Source: Azolla caroliniana
Taxonomy: Eukaryota > Plantae > Polypodiophyta
Reading direction: 5' to 3'
Length of the DNA stretch: 64,000 bases
Assembly: GCA_043228905.1 (NCBI GenBank)
Contig: JBHGNT010000007.1
Span: 2,294,001 to 2,358,000 of the forward strand
Part shown: positions 14,171-29,131 of the stretch, one piece after another
Position numbering within the stretch: position 1 is the first letter of the stretch
Layout: every line of letters begins with the position of its first letter
The notes under the pieces: generated by a model
Databases searched by the model: none
What the model saw: only the letters and a program-made list of their open reading frames with translations
Told to the model about the DNA's origin: nothing
Program-made: the position numbers and the translations under genes

Positions 14171-17100
14171 AGTGTTGGACCTTAGCTTGGTATGTATATA
14201 TATAGCTAGATAGATAGATAGAAAGATAGGGAGTGCAAATTTGCCAAAGGCTTTGGTGTTCTAGGTCATTGGTAATGAGGCCTCCCCTTCCCCCTCCCCT
14301 AATACCAATGTAAATAATGTAATGGTCTCCAACACCCTTCCCTTCTCTTTACCTTTTCCTTAGCACATGTCCACCATTGGTGGGGTGGGGTGGGTTCCCT
14401 TTTCCTCTTTTCACATTACTCGCTTCACTAGCCCCTCCCCTCCCCTCCCTCCCCCCCCCCCCATGTGAGCCCATATGCCTTTTGTCAGTCCCTCGCTCGA
14501 CAACGTGTTTTCGAAAGCCTTAACACACACAAACCTTTATCGATGTTTAGCGTGGGCCCTCTCACCCTTGACCCACTCCCCCCCATCTCCTTTCTCCTTT
14601 CCTTAGGTAATCCGCATTCCTCGGACTACACCTTAATAACTTATAATGCCTTGTCTTTGCCATGACCTATTTGCATCCAAATTATCCCCTCCCCCACCTC
14701 CACACATGCCTTTACAACAAACCATATTCCTCTCCCTAGGCATCGGATGTCTTAATTATATTACTATCTTTCCTCCACATTTCACACATTACCCCACCGA
14801 TATTTTATGTTTTCATAGCCAATTCTTAACAAAAACACTACGTTGCATACTCGTCCTTTAGACAGCCATCATTTCCAAATGTATGTGCCCCCAAACATAT
14901 TTTAATTGGAATCATAAATTCAATCGGCAAGTCAAGAAAGAGATAATTAATTTGGTGTGCTTGGCATATTATGATTATGCATATATTATCAAATGAGATC
15001 ATGCAACGCATTTACCATGCTACATGTATTGTTTTGGCAGGTTGCCTTTATAAGGGTTTAATTGCTATCATTCTTGATCCTTTGAGGGTTGTGGAAATAA
15101 TGATCATATCAATTTTACAAAATTATGTTTTAAGAGCCCATTGTTTTTTAGCATGATCTCAAACTAAACTTGATGATGAAGTTTTCCTATGTGTAAAGTA
15201 TGGCGAACTAATGACATGTGAAGTTCTTGTAATGAATGTGCTATCTAACCCATTGGCCGAGATAAATGTAGAACCTTAGCATCACAAAGCACAAGCTTTG
15301 TTGCTACACCCTCATGTCCATGTATTTGAAATTTTCAATAATCTAATCCGTGAACCAATAAAGCTTGATCACTACATGATCATCATGCACATGTATTTCA
15401 AATTTAGAAATTTAACAAAGTAATATATGAATCTATATGCTTTACGACTACACCATCGTGCTCAGATATGATGTGTAAAGGTGTTGCTTTCACATCTTGT
15501 TCTTAATTGTATATATTTAAAAAGGGTGAATTTGAAACACCATTTAGTTAGAATGTCCCACTCACCCAAAGAAAGTTTAAACTTTCAAAAGACATAGACT
15601 TTTATATGGATTGTTTGGAGAAAAAATATAAGGTGTATTAAAGTGGCAATATTTTCATTAATAAGAAGATGGTTTCTCACCAACAATTCTTAAATTTACA
15701 TTCACTGAGCATAAAAGTGTGCAATCTTCATGACCTAATTGTGTAGTTTGGTAACCTTTATTTGCTACATGCCATGCATACAAATTTCACATGATATGTT
15801 TGTGTTATTGGCACTTTGGCACTAGGAATATGCATTATCAACCCTCCTCCTTGGATAGAGGTGCAACATAAGGAGAATGATTATGATTTGGGGTCAAAAC
15901 ATCAATACTATTGGCTCATAAACTTTTCCTTGTTTATAGAAGGTGTTAAACATTTTTATGATCTTTTTTGTGGTTTTGTTGAGCAATAGTCTTGTCCTAG
16001 TCGCACCATGATTTTACTGGCGGACTAGGCGTCCAGAGTTTGGATTGAGATTAACTTATGTTTTCATGAGGAGTCTTTGTATCATTAAATTGGGACTCTA
16101 TTGTGCCACTCATAGACATGTGTTTAATATGATCTTAATTTGGTTATTATTTTATTTCTTCATGAAAACAAATAATGTCTATCAGTTCATGTACGTGAGA
16201 GTTTCATTTAATCTGTTTAATCATATCCATGGGCGTCACACACATAATTGTTGTGTAGATCAATACAAATATGGCCCTTACCACCATGGTGGGTTCTCCA
16301 TGAAAAAAGCAATACTCTTCAACTCTTTGTGCAAAGATTTACATAACATTCCCACATGTCTACAATTTGTCAATTATGATGAACTTTTAAGAGCAGATTC
16401 TAGCTTGCCTACATGAAAAAAGAGCATTCTATCCTCCAAGGTCTGTTGGAGTGCATAGTTATGCAAATGTACTTGAAAACAATTCGTAACACATACCTTG
16501 CACTAGCAAGCTTTGACAATGACACACATTTCTCATCAAGATGAGGATAGACGAGAAATTGGAATGTTTCTTGAATATTTGATTCCAAATAGGATTTGTC
16601 CATCATTATTGAGCCAATATGTCGTGCATATTGGACCCAAAATGAAACCCTTAGGGGTACATCATAATTACAATGTTACAAATATTTGCACGCACGGGTT
16701 CAAAGTTAAGGCAATGGTCCCAGCTTGGGGCTAGGTCTCAATTCATTAAAAGAGATTCCTATAGTGATATCAAAGCATGAGATTTGAGGATACGTTATGG
16801 TGGTGGTGGTGCATGCATTTGGGCACCATCAAAATGTGGTGAAGGTGGTAGTATAATTTGTTGTCAATTATGATGGGAATGTAATGACAATGGTCATAAA
16901 AATGAGACACGGGTCCTATCCAAGAAAATGAAACAAGTTGAAGAAGTAAGGTCGTGTATCTTGTAGTTTGCACCCTTGAGCCTTCAAGCTCCAACAATGA
17001 GACATGGAGAATGGTTATAACCAACTGGGGGGAATAGAGCACATCGTTTACTTTTGTTAAAAACATTCACATAACGTGTAGAGTATGGAAGGGCCAAAAC

Positions 17101-18281
17101 AAATTGTTGTAAGTTCATCTCACATCGTTTGAGAAGGATAAATATAGTGTCATCATAAGATATTTCATAAAATATTGAGCTACATTAATAATATCTTGAT
17201 AACTTTTGCCATTTATAGATGTTACCAACATCTAGCTCAACATCTGCAACGTGACATTAATCAAGAACTCCAAAAGAATATCTCTATTACAACTTATCAT
17301 GAGATTATATTCTCCCCAAAATGCTTGGTCACTCATGACACCTTTCCTTGGCTCAAGTCTCATCTCTACCTAGTCAATATAAACAAACATTCATACATAT
17401 ATAACTTGTTTTTGTCGTAAGCATTACAAATGGAAATTAATGTGCATATGTAAAACGAAATATGGGTTGCTACAATTTGAGGTTGAAAGTATGTACATAA
17501 GAGATTACCAGGAATATGTGCAATTAAGAACGGCTTGGCGACCACAACTTCTATTTGAAATAAAATTTTTACTTCAAAATGGCATTTGATTCTATATTAA
17601 TAAACATCATGACAAAGGACGCATATAAATATAGTAAAAATGTGCTTAATATTTTTTCACTTGTTGGTGCACTTTCTAGACACATGGACCCTTGGCTTGG
17701 AAATGTGTACGGATGACAGATGGCTGATGTTGACAGACCACGAAGCATAAATACAATAAACTAAAGCTATATATGCTTGCATAGGTCTTATATATAATTT
17801 CTCATTTCCTTTTCAAGTGTAGTAGAAGCTAAACTTTCATTTTTATGTTCATCAGTGCAAATAGTCATCACCTACATACTTAAATGATAACCTATTGTAC
17901 ATAAAATGTCTGGTAAAGAATGGCCAATATGTACATCATATGCATAAGGTATGAGTACATGTGGGAACACATCAACATTTTTTTGGTAATAGAAGCAAAC
18001 TACGTTCAGAGTCATCATGTGTGTGTGCGTGTAGTTATCACGAGCATGTATGTTGTACATATCGTGCTTTTGTGATGGTGGATAGAATGGATACACTAGA
18101 CATGACCGACATTTTTTATGTTCACTTTAGATGCACAATGATGCTCCTCTAATCAAGGAATATTACTTCACAAATGACTAACGAGTTAATATCCTTCTAT
18201 TCATTGATGCCATGGATGCATGTCTGAACGAATAGGCCAAAGACAATAGTGTAAATGAAAGTTACGAACAAGTGGTGACAG

Positions 18282-18532
18282 GTTGGTTAAGAAAGACGTG
18301 AAGGAGTAAGAATGCATGGTCAAGTGACGAGTCGAACAAAGAGAACACTAGATATGTACGTACACAACATGGTGTATATTAAAAGAAGCATAACAATGAA
18401 TTATGTTGGTTAAGAAAGACGTGAAGGAGTAAGAATGCATGGTCAAGTGACGAGTCGAACAAAGAGAACACTAGATATGTACGTACACAACATGGTGTAT
18501 ATTAAAAGAAGCATAACAATGAATTATGTTGG
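18282..18532. repeat. Exact tandem duplication, 2 x 123 bp
   Basis: Identical units start at 18282 and 18405 and are bounded by GTTGG microhomology. Confidence 0.95.
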
Positions 18533-21500
18533 AGACTACGGTCTAAGATGATGAGTATTCACAAAGGAGTAGGAAGAAAAAAAAGTATTGATATTGAAGG
18601 TTTTTTCAATTGCTAGTTATTGTGCTAGGAGAGACAATGAATCAACAACAATTCTCTATGCAGTATATTATGCATTGGGAAAATACGTACCCTCTATATT
18701 AAAGATGATGGCAAAGCTACCCATGTTAAATTTGGTAATAGTAAATATTCCATCCCAATTGAAGTAAAAAAAGAGAGGCATATGTATGCATTTATGAGAC
18801 ACGTGCATACATATATACATACTTATCTAGCAGTAAACACATATTTATGTTTGCATAAACTTCCTGTGTGATGTATGCCATGCATTCTTGAATATGTATT
18901 CCTAGAGACATGGGTGTATGTCATGTTTATGTATAGCTAGAGACAACATTCATGTATGCTATGTGATAATTTATAGATAGATAAAGGGTCGATAAAAGCA
19001 TGCCATGGATGTATCATGATGTTTACCCATGCACTTATCATGCATGATAACTTTCACCTTTTTACACATGACACACTTTACCCAATGTTAGAAAGAGTCC
19101 CACCGACAATCATGAAATCAAATCGTATTATCGTGTGAGTTCTAATCTGAATGTTGAGACCCTTCTCATTTAGCTTTCTTTAAAAGCTCCCACTTGCTTT
19201 TCTTTGTTCTTTTACACATTTATTTAAGCCATGGCGTTGGCTTTGGCTTTTCATACATTTATTTATGGGAGTGATTGTTGAAACAAAAAAAATTAATGGG
19301 GTTACTCTAGTAAAGGCCACCTTTTTGTCACTCTGCACATTCTAAGGCTTGTACCTTTATTTTTTATTGTACCATTATCCCCCAAATGTGGACGGTAAGA
19401 TGTCGTAATTTGTATGATAAGATCATGCACAATGCCTTACTTTGCACTTCTTGCTCTCCACTCCTCCTCCATTAACCCCACAATGCTTCTTACTTTGTTG
19501 CCTCCTTGAAGTGGATGCTTCACTCAACAACAAAATGTTTCTAAAGATGTCATCATCTCCTATCGTATGTTACCATCGCTTAAATTGATTTCATCCAAGT
19601 TTTGCCCTTTGTTTATGCATAAAATCGTAATGTAGTTGTGTGCTATGTGAGCTTTCTTCCTTGTGATGCATACACACGACAAGACTTTGTCCCACAGTGT
19701 GTATTGGTGAATCGTGATTAAACTTTAGCACAAAAACTGATTCCATCCTTGCACAAAGAGAAACTAACTAAATTTAATTTCGAAATTATTTCAGAATCAA
19801 GTCCATGCAATTGTGGATACAATGTCACTTCAATGTGCCTAAAAGGAGTACATCATATGTGTATTTGCATATGCATATACACACATTCATGTGTTTATCT
19901 TGTGAAGGAAATCTCTCACATTTCCATTGATTTAAAATCCTTGTTAGGTCAATACACGACGCTTTGATTGTAAAATCTATGTGCATTTCGTTTTGTGGTT
20001 GCTTCCAAGTAGAAATGTTCCATTGGTATAGAGATTGCAAAACATAATTTGTTAAACCAACTAATAGTTTTTAAAACAAAATTAATAAAAATAAAACAAG
20101 CACAACTTATTGTGTACACGTTTCTACACATTCCATAATGTAATACACGTCTTGTATCATGATAAGAATGGACACACAATTCAATATCCTTAAAAGTAAC
20201 TTAGTAAGGATCATTCCCGAGAATCGGAAAATGATAAAATCCAAATTTCACTTCGTATGCGGGGTTAACAAAATCTCATACATTGCTTGTAAGACTACGA
20301 TGGTTGTTTGGTTCAATGTCGAAAGGCAAGTTCTAAATAACAATGGGACCAACCTCATATGAAGCCAAAACGTAAATGACTGAAAGATGAGGAAAACTTG
20401 TGCGATCTTGTGCATGTATGGAATGGGGCAACTCTTTTTACTTGCTTAGTTACACGTTTTTAACCCTCTATACTATTATTCATGGTAGCATGATAGGGGG
20501 TTGGGAACCCAAACTGCGCAAGTTTTGTTTTCTTGTAAACTTACGCCTCACATTTAAGAAGGCGAAACTTGCATTAAATACTGCATGAAAAAAGCTTTGC
20601 AAATTACCCATGTGTGCCAATTATAGCTTTATGTCAATTGCCCCAAAGTTTAGGCCGTATTATAAAAAGATTGTTTCTAGTTGTATGAGGGTCAATCATA
20701 TTATATTAATGTGAAATCTTATGTTATTAGTGCTTTATTGCCATTTTGGTCATGCCTTGCGGTATAATGTATGCACAAATCTTCTTACAAATTTGTTTCT
20801 CATTAAGTCGCACACACAACTTGCATGCATGCATTCCACAACATTGCATAACTAAAAGAAAACTATGTTAGCCCTGTATCCCGCTCAAAGATGACTTTTT
20901 CTCATTTCCCCTAGTATCCACTTACATTTGGTGTAATACTTCAATAACCATGTTTCCCGAGGTTGGATTGAGTGCTCGATTTTAGAACCTTCTAGAGGGC
21001 AACCATCGTACTTCAATGATTTCAATTTCATGCTTAATAATGACATTCTTCATTTTTAATATATTCCATTTTCAAAGGTCGCATGTTTGGGGAAACATAC
21101 ATATGACTTACTATACGAACCATCAGAATAAACCTTAATTAAGTTGTTTGTAGCTTCTTAAAAGGTGTGCCACCACTACTTCATAGCGCAACACTTAAAC
21201 TTGTGAAATCACTCTCTTATAATGATCAACAACTTTGACATTACTATACACTCTACATTAGAAGCTTTACGATGACGAAACTTAATAAAAAAAACTATAA
21301 TGATTCATTGTAACTTGCAATTAGAATTGTTCGAGAATGGAAACATGCTTAGAAACCTCATTCATTTTGAATGCATCTCTACTTTCGTTGCAATGAGAAG
21401 AATATGATAACAACAACCTCCGCCCTCTATATACATATATATCTCAACCTATTGTCATGTCACTTTAGCAAATTTTTATATTGCTATTGTGACATTGTAC

Positions 21501-23749
21501 TAATGACATTTCCCTTCATGCCCTAATTGTATATTTTTGACCCAAATCCTTGCGCATGTTTGATTGTCATATTGGAACTATCGTTGTCCTCACAACTAGG
21601 TTCTATTTTCTCCTTTAAATGCATATATTTATGTTGCCCGCCTATGATGTACTAAACGAAAATGACCTTGAGCATATGTTCGTTGTTACTTTCACAAATT
21701 TGAGAAAAAGTATTAAAATAATAACTTGGGGTACTCATACACTTATCGGCCTAGCTCGTCCATGAAATTAATACATATGATATGTTTAACCTTATACATC
21801 CTCCATTGTATTCATTTTCAGACTCTAAACAATTTTAAGGTTTTTTGTTGATCTATACCTCCTATCATTCAATCCAACATTCTTTATTCATGTAAGGTTA
21901 TTGGTTGGAGAAATAGCAAAAGTAATAGGACGAGCAACATCATGGGAGCATGCATGTAAAGTGTTGTATGATTTTTCATCAAGGGTCACAATATTGCCAA
22001 TAGTTAAAAAATTGTAATGTATGAAATTGGCCTAGCAGTGCTTATGGAATTTGCCTCTTCAAATCTCGTACATCATAATCAAGTATCATAATATATGCTT
22101 TTGCTAGGACTTTATTGTGAAGTCCATCTTAAGTATGGTTGTTTTCGATTCATTTAAGAGACAATGATAGGAGGGGCATGTAAACTTTCATTTGAAGGAC
22201 TTCACATGTTTTCCTTAGGGTTACAAATCATGATAATGTTAATACCTTATTGGCATCTTAATCAAAAGTAGACTTACTAGAAGAACTTATTCTCATATAA
22301 ACAACCTAAGGACACATCAAAACAGTATATATCTTCTAGTATTCATGCTCATGTCTAACATATCTTCATGTTTTTGGTACATCCTAATCCAACGCCAATA
22401 ATGTAGACACATTTCGAAAACCTCCTCGTTCATTTGTGTCTATTTAGAAGCATGATGCTAGTTGGATACCATGCTCCATAAAATAAGACTTGGATTATAT
22501 GTGAAGAGGATGTTGTAGCATCCTCAACTCATTTGGCTATGAAATGAATAGTTCCTCCCTCACAGAGCATAACTACTTTGCAAAATTACGTAATTGCTCT
22601 AAGTCTATAATTTCAAGCGTTTTACGTACATTTGATCAAGATCGAGTTCACCAACCTTCAAACTTATGCAAAATCCCAAGCTTCTTAGACCTCCTACTTA
22701 ATTTTTTTAATGTTAGTAAACCAACTAGTAATATGAGACTTGGGATACAAACACCCTACTTGTGGTCCCCAATCCAAGTGTGTTAGCCAACGTACAATGC
22801 TCTTAGCATGTGAAACAAGTTGTTGGATTGCATTTTAAAGGGGTATACATTAATGCCACATTGTAAAGCCATTAATGTGGGAGTAAATTCAAAGTGCTTA
22901 TCCATAATCATAAAGAGTCCTAGGGATGACCATAACGTCAAACCCATTGTTCAAAGTTTGAACCCATAGTTTTTATGTTGCAAAGAAGAATATTTACTAT
23001 AAAAGCAATGTCTATGTAATTTGGACTTCATTAAAGCCAAATTCCTAGCTCATTTTAGATGACAAATTTAACTCAAATCTAGACTCTAGACTCTAGACAC
23101 CCATACAATGCTTGATACTTTATTACCTAGTGTTAGTTATCTTCCCATTTTGTCTGATGTCAAAATTAAGCTCACATTCTTATGGGACACACAAATATAC
23201 CATATTTCTTCCCCATTCATTTAGTGTCATGCACACACACACGCACGCACACACACCATTTTTTAACTGATTCTTAAGTATGTGATTATGGTGCCATTCT
23301 TCCTAGTTGATTTGATGTCATAAATTGACATGTATCCTTTATGGGGATTGCTCATGAATTGACTTGAATCCTTGATGGGGACCACTCACAAATTGACATG
23401 GATCCTTCATGGGAGTGCACATATGCTACAAGTTATTGAAGTGACCCCCTTATGTATATGATTGTAAAGCTTATCGTCCAAGTCGATTTGATGCATTGAA
23501 TTCCCTACGAGGTGGACACAATACCTACTATTTAATTGGGCTACATGTTCGTGACAGTAGTGGCACATGCAATAGTCAAGATTTGAGTTATCTCCTTATG
23601 TGCACAACCATAGTTCTGAGTTCGTTTGCTATTGAAATACACATAAGACTTGTTATTGAGCTATCATATCAACTATGATTCTCTTTTTTTATGTTTAAAC
23701 TTTAGAGTATGCAACTATGGATGACATTGACTTTCAGTGAACAAACGTA

Positions 23750-24443
23750 TCCTTCATTTTCTTTTCTCTCTTGTAAAAGTAGTACATATATATACAACTA
23801 CTTGGCTATACAAACAACCCCTTGTTGACCCTACTCAATATAAGATCTTATGACAAGGTAAACCCTTTTGGGCAACTCCTCTAAGGACAATGTGCCCAAA
23901 GAACTTAGTTGTGTAACTAGGAAAGCAAATTCCTTTTGAAGCTACTTAGCTCGCTCTCTCTCTCCAAAAGAAACCTTTGTTGGGTGGGATCTTACAAAGC
24001 TCATCAAGATTTACACCATTTGTGTATGGCAATGTAAATCCTCTAAGGTGTTGTAAGACTTGTTGATACAAAAGCAAAAACTTTAAGGACAAAGTGCTTG
24101 CAAAACTCTTTTTTTTTGCAATCTTATGACAATGTAAACACTCTATGATGTTGTAAGATTTAACCAATATAAGCACAAATCTTTCTAGGACAAAGTGTCC
24201 ATAAAAGCTCAATTGCAAAAACTACCAAATCAAATTTCCTTAAAGCTTACACACACACACACACACACACCTCTCTCTCTCTCTCCCCCCCCCCCCCCCC
24301 CTTCCAATAGGCTTCAAATAACAATAGGTTAAAACTTGCCAAATGTTTGATAAATACTTCCAAATGATACATGATGCTATAGGACATTTAATGAACCTAT
24401 GTGTATTGTCCTCCACTGGAATGGTGCAAAAGAAGCACTTACT
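23750..24443 (-). mobile_element. Old degenerate L1-like LINE, 3' part (zf-RVT region)
   Basis: Minus-strand translation SKCFFCTIPVEDNTHRFIKCP..IWKYLSNIW is the Cys/His motif of LINE ORF2. It joins the fragment beyond 27731. The left boundary is approximate. Confidence 0.7.
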
Positions 24444-27400
24444 CTTTTTTTTTCTTTTTTCTTTTTTTTCCAAAAAAGAATATACTCCATTAGTTAAAAT
24501 ATACATGAACACGATCCCTTTCTCAGGTAGGCCGTGCCAAGATTATCCTAGCCTACATACAAGATCTCACTTATTTATCTTACACTTTTACATATGACTC
24601 AAGCCATCCTTTCAGATACATCACCTACCTTCACTATCCCACTTGCCATGTCTTTCACGCCCCTCGTTCAACTAATGGGAGGGGGAAACAACCATCTGGG
24701 TACATCATACTTCCATAGTATATCCATTCCATTTGCTGCGGCCATCGGTGTCGTACACCATCTTTTTCGAAAATTCAGCCTCATTAGGTCTGCAACATCA
24801 TTAGTACCATTAATCCGCTCATATTGAGCTCTTAGTGTAGTTATGAGTGTGTGCCAAATTAGCTTAATCGATTCAGTTGGAGGGCGTTTGTGTGCGGAAA
24901 AAATACCCTGGTACACCTTGCTGTCCATATATGCCATATAGTAATGGGGGCAAGCAACATCCAAAGATCTTCAAGTTTTTTATTCTATACACAAGTTGTA
25001 GGTACCCCGTTGTCAGGGATCAGCCGAACAATGCCATTCTCCCCTCTGTACTTAGCATTGCATGTGCTATCGTATGTCGCCACATCAACGTCAAGACACA
25101 TCCAACAAGCATGTCCCCAGTTGAGGGTGAACGAACTAGAGGCATGGCAAAGCAAACGAAGTGCCCTTCCCCATACAACCATTGCATCACGACATTCCCA
25201 TAAACAATGGGAGATGCTTTCTATCTGTCCACATGCAGTACATCTAGGGTCTACATTGGGGCCTTTACCCCACGTCCCTACCGGCAAGGCTCTATGTGCA
25301 ATAAGCCATAAACACATCATTATCTTGCGGTCATATTTGTCATGCCATATCATTTTCCAGAATTTATCTAGTCTCCTTTCACTTATGCCCTCCTGCATCC
25401 AAAATTTCCTTGCCGCAACCTTGTCATGTTTTTGTTCTAGAAGAATTTGCCTCCCAATCTTCGTGTTATACCTGAAAAATTGAACCAGCTTTTCCCCATC
25501 AGTTTGTCCTTGAGTTCTCCAAAAATACCTGGCTGGGTCCCATGATAACTGATCCAAATGCCCTTCTATAGGCCAACACACTGTCGCCGGTGTGATCTCC
25601 CTTGGCTTAGGGTCAATAATCATATTCTTGCCAGTTTTTACGATCAGCCTAATCGGCTTTTCTCTTTGAAAGACTGGTTGCTCACCTCTTGCCCTTCCGT
25701 GCTCTAGTTTGTAGTAGCATACCTCGTTCGATTCTACTTTCATTCCCTTAATGCCAATTAAACAGTTTTCAGCAACTATAAGACCTGTCCATGCAATTTC
25801 AGAGGTTGTTACTTCTTCCTCTTCCAATGTATTCTTGTAGCATGCAATGGCATCTGTAATTCTCTTGAGCATGCCTTTACCCCTGCTTATTCTCCATATT
25901 CTAGCCTTTTGAGTGCCCACCTCATTGGATAAAAACCTCTCCCACTCCACTAATGCATTCCCTTGGGCATTGATTAACTCAGCCCATTTGAAACCAGTTT
26001 TTTGGCCTATCATCAGCCCATCCACATCTCTAATCAATGGATTCCACACAATTGGCATGTATATCCGCGCATATGCATCATTTCTCCACTTACATATGAT
26101 CCCCTTTCTGATTTCTTGCCATGCTTTCATAATCCCGATAACACAAAGACTCTGCATACTTCCCCAATATTTGGGCCTCATTTCTGGCACAAAGCCCTAA
26201 AATGGGCTGCTAGGCCAACATCCACATTGTCTTGGCAGCCACATCTTCCATCTACGCCGCCATAGAACTTTCCAAGGTGCCTCAAGAGGTTGTAGGCTCC
26301 GGACCACTAGTTTGCCTAGCAAGGCCTTCGTTTGCATCACGGGATCTATCAATCCCACCCCCCCTTCACTTTTCCTTTTTATAAGTGTGGTCCAAGCAAT
26401 CTTTGCAACGGCTTGTTTTTCCTCTGTGCCCCCCCATAAGAAATTTCTAATGATCTTTTTTATCAATTTCATCAACTTGGGCACGATTATCCAGCATGCA
26501 GCAGTGTGCCATATAGTGGCCATTAGAATCTGATTTGCAATCACAATCTTTCCCGCAAAGGATAGTTTTCTTGCATTCCACCATATTAGCTTCATTTTTA
26601 TTTTATCCACTAGTAGATTGTAGTGTTCTGCCCGATCAATGTCCATACCAATTTTGAAGCCCAAGTATCTAGTAGCTTCTCCTTTCCTCAACCATCTAAA
26701 ATTGGGGTCGGGGACCCAGTTTAACATGGGTTTATTACTGATCCAAATGCCCACAGATTTATTCCAATTTATTTTAGCATTGGATCCCCTACAAAACTCA
26801 TCAATTGCATTTTGCAATCTGCCCAAGTTGTGTGCATCACCTTTGACATAGGTCATTGTGTCATCAGCATATGCCGTATCAAGCACCATAACTTCAGCAT
26901 CGGGTAAGGTAAGGCCTTGTATTTGCCAAGATCTATCAGCAATTTGATAATGCAAAGCTTCTGCTGCAATTATGTATAAATACGGGGCTAATGGGCATCC
27001 TTGGCGTACCGAACGTAGCATCTTAAAGCTCTTCCCCATACTTCCAGCCATTAACAGTTGGCTAGATGCACCTCTGTAGAAGGCACCCATTCCACGGATC
27101 CATTGTTGTTCAAAACCTAGGGCTACCATCACTGCTTCTAGGAAATCCCATGAAATCCTGTCATATGCTTTTTCGAAATCAAGTAGCATTACTGCTAGGT
27201 CCACTTCTTGCTCCTCAGCCCATGCTGAGTATTCCCAGAATGTTATCACATTGTCCACAATACTCCGGTTTTCCAAGAAACCAGTTTGCGTTGTATGTAT
27301 AATGTCCCTAAGTACCATTTTCAATCTCTTACTTACGACTTTGGCCATTATCTTATATGCATTGGTGAGGATCATCAGTGGTCGCCAATTATCAAGCGTT

Positions 27401-27730
27401 GCTAGGTCTTTACCAGCCTTGGGTATTAAATAAATCATGCCTCTACACATTGTTGTGGGCATTAGTCCTTCTACCATAATGTGTTGCATCCCTGCCAACA
27501 TGTCATCCTTAATTAGATCCCAATACTGGATGTAAAAGTATAGAGGAAGTCCATCAATTCCTGCACAACTTTGTTTGTTCATATCCCCAATAGCATCCCA
27601 CAATTCATGCATACCTATAGGGGTATTTAGTTGGTCCATCATTTGAGCCGTAACTTTCCTTGGTATCCTCTTTATTATATTTCTAAAGGCAACCTGATGA
27701 ATCAGATCCTTATTGCATACATTTAGTAGT
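24444..27730 (-). mobile_element. Young 5'-truncated L1-clade LINE (ORF2: RT + zf-RVT), with A-rich tail
   Basis: RT motifs GIDGLP, NWRPL, LDFEKAYDRISW, SVRQGCPLAP and YADD; zf-RVT LWLIAHRALP..CTACGQIESISHCLWEC. One in-frame TAG at 26197-26199, a frameshift near 24985, and ORF end at 24668. The T-run on + at 24445-24469 is the poly(A) tail. No endonuclease domain or ORF1 is present (truncated). Confidence 0.92.
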
Positions 27731-28900
27731 TGACCCTAGTCTTAGTCTCTTTAAGGTTAAACCTAATGGGAGCCCACAAATCATGTTGTGATGATACATG
27801 AACCCTTCATATGAATACCTTTGCACCAAATGGCAAATCGCAATGCCATCACATTGTAATAATTGCCAACACCTTGCGATCGAATTACATACATTCCACG
27901 GACCACACCTTTTCTACTTTAGGAGATAGCCAAGATAATGATGTCATTGCATGATGATACAATATATTTGTAGTGATCTACAATAAGCTTGTACCATCAT
28001 GTAACCTCCAATCCACCAAGGTGCAACATTTGTTTTCAATAGTAAAGATCCATGTAGCAATGGTAGATGTTGTAATTTCTCTAAAATAAATCCATAATTT
28101 GGGGGATTTCATAATCATCGTTTGACATTTTCAAATTTTGACGAGCTTTGAGATTCATTATCAATCACATCTCACAAATGTACAACCCCCAATTGAAATA
28201 AACCAATTGAATTGAGATCTCAACTTCTCTTGCCCATGCCAATACAAAACTCGAAAAAAAAACAAGCAATTTATTTTATAATGAATTACAAAATTCTCAA
28301 TCACTTGATGGTGCCTACTCAAAAAAAGATAATGCATCTTGCCATGACCTAACCAACCGTTGTTCGCATACAAAATGTTGAAACTTTAGAGGAAAACATT
28401 CGTTGAATAATGGCCACCACGATGCTTGAACCTTTGTTTTCCCATGCATCAATCCTTCATGTTCAATAATTTATTGCTTCATAAATACCCATGGTTGATT
28501 TGGTTGACACATGTCTCATAATCTCCCAGCCATCAAATGCATTTCCAAATCTAATATTATTGCACCACCTAACCATTTGGAAATGACCAAATGGTCCCAT
28601 GAAATCCATGTAACTCCCATGACTTCTTCCTTTCGCCACAGCATAAACCGAAGAGGTTACAACAATATTTGTAATGCCTTCTTACTCCAAGGAAGTAATG
28701 ACAAAAAATATAATAACATGTGTATAAAGATACATTGCACCACTTTGAGTTGTACATGAAAGGGCCATAATTGAGACTTCCAATACATAAATTTGTCCTT
28801 CAATTTACAACCAATCAGTTGAACCTTTGCAACATCAACACCCAATGAATACCCTAAATGCCGATAAATTTATCCTCATGTAATCACCGGCCCTCGCCAT
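27731..28900 (-). mobile_element. Old degenerate L1-like LINE, 5' part (post-RT region)
   Basis: Fragments such as LGYSLGVDVAK..KLKDKFMYWKSQLWPFHVQLKVVQCIF and GLPLGLTLKRLRLGS, with many stops and frameshifts. Confidence 0.65.
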
Positions 28901-29131
28901 CCGAAACATTCCAAAAGACAAATACAAGAGTTCTTATGCAAAAGACCCCATCTCTCTCTCTCTCTCTCTCTCCCACACACACACACAACATTGAAGATGT
29001 AATCTCTTGTTTGGCTTATAGGCCATTTTGGCCTCTTAAAGACGTTAATCTCTCTACTTGGTGGTTAATCTCTCTCTCCCACACACACACACACACACAC
29101 AACAATAGAGGGGATCATCTTGCAACATAGA

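Noticed and set aside
15000-23600. Numerous short ORFs in the long intergenic region
   Set aside because: No recognisable domains or consistent splice structure; probably ancient transposon debris.
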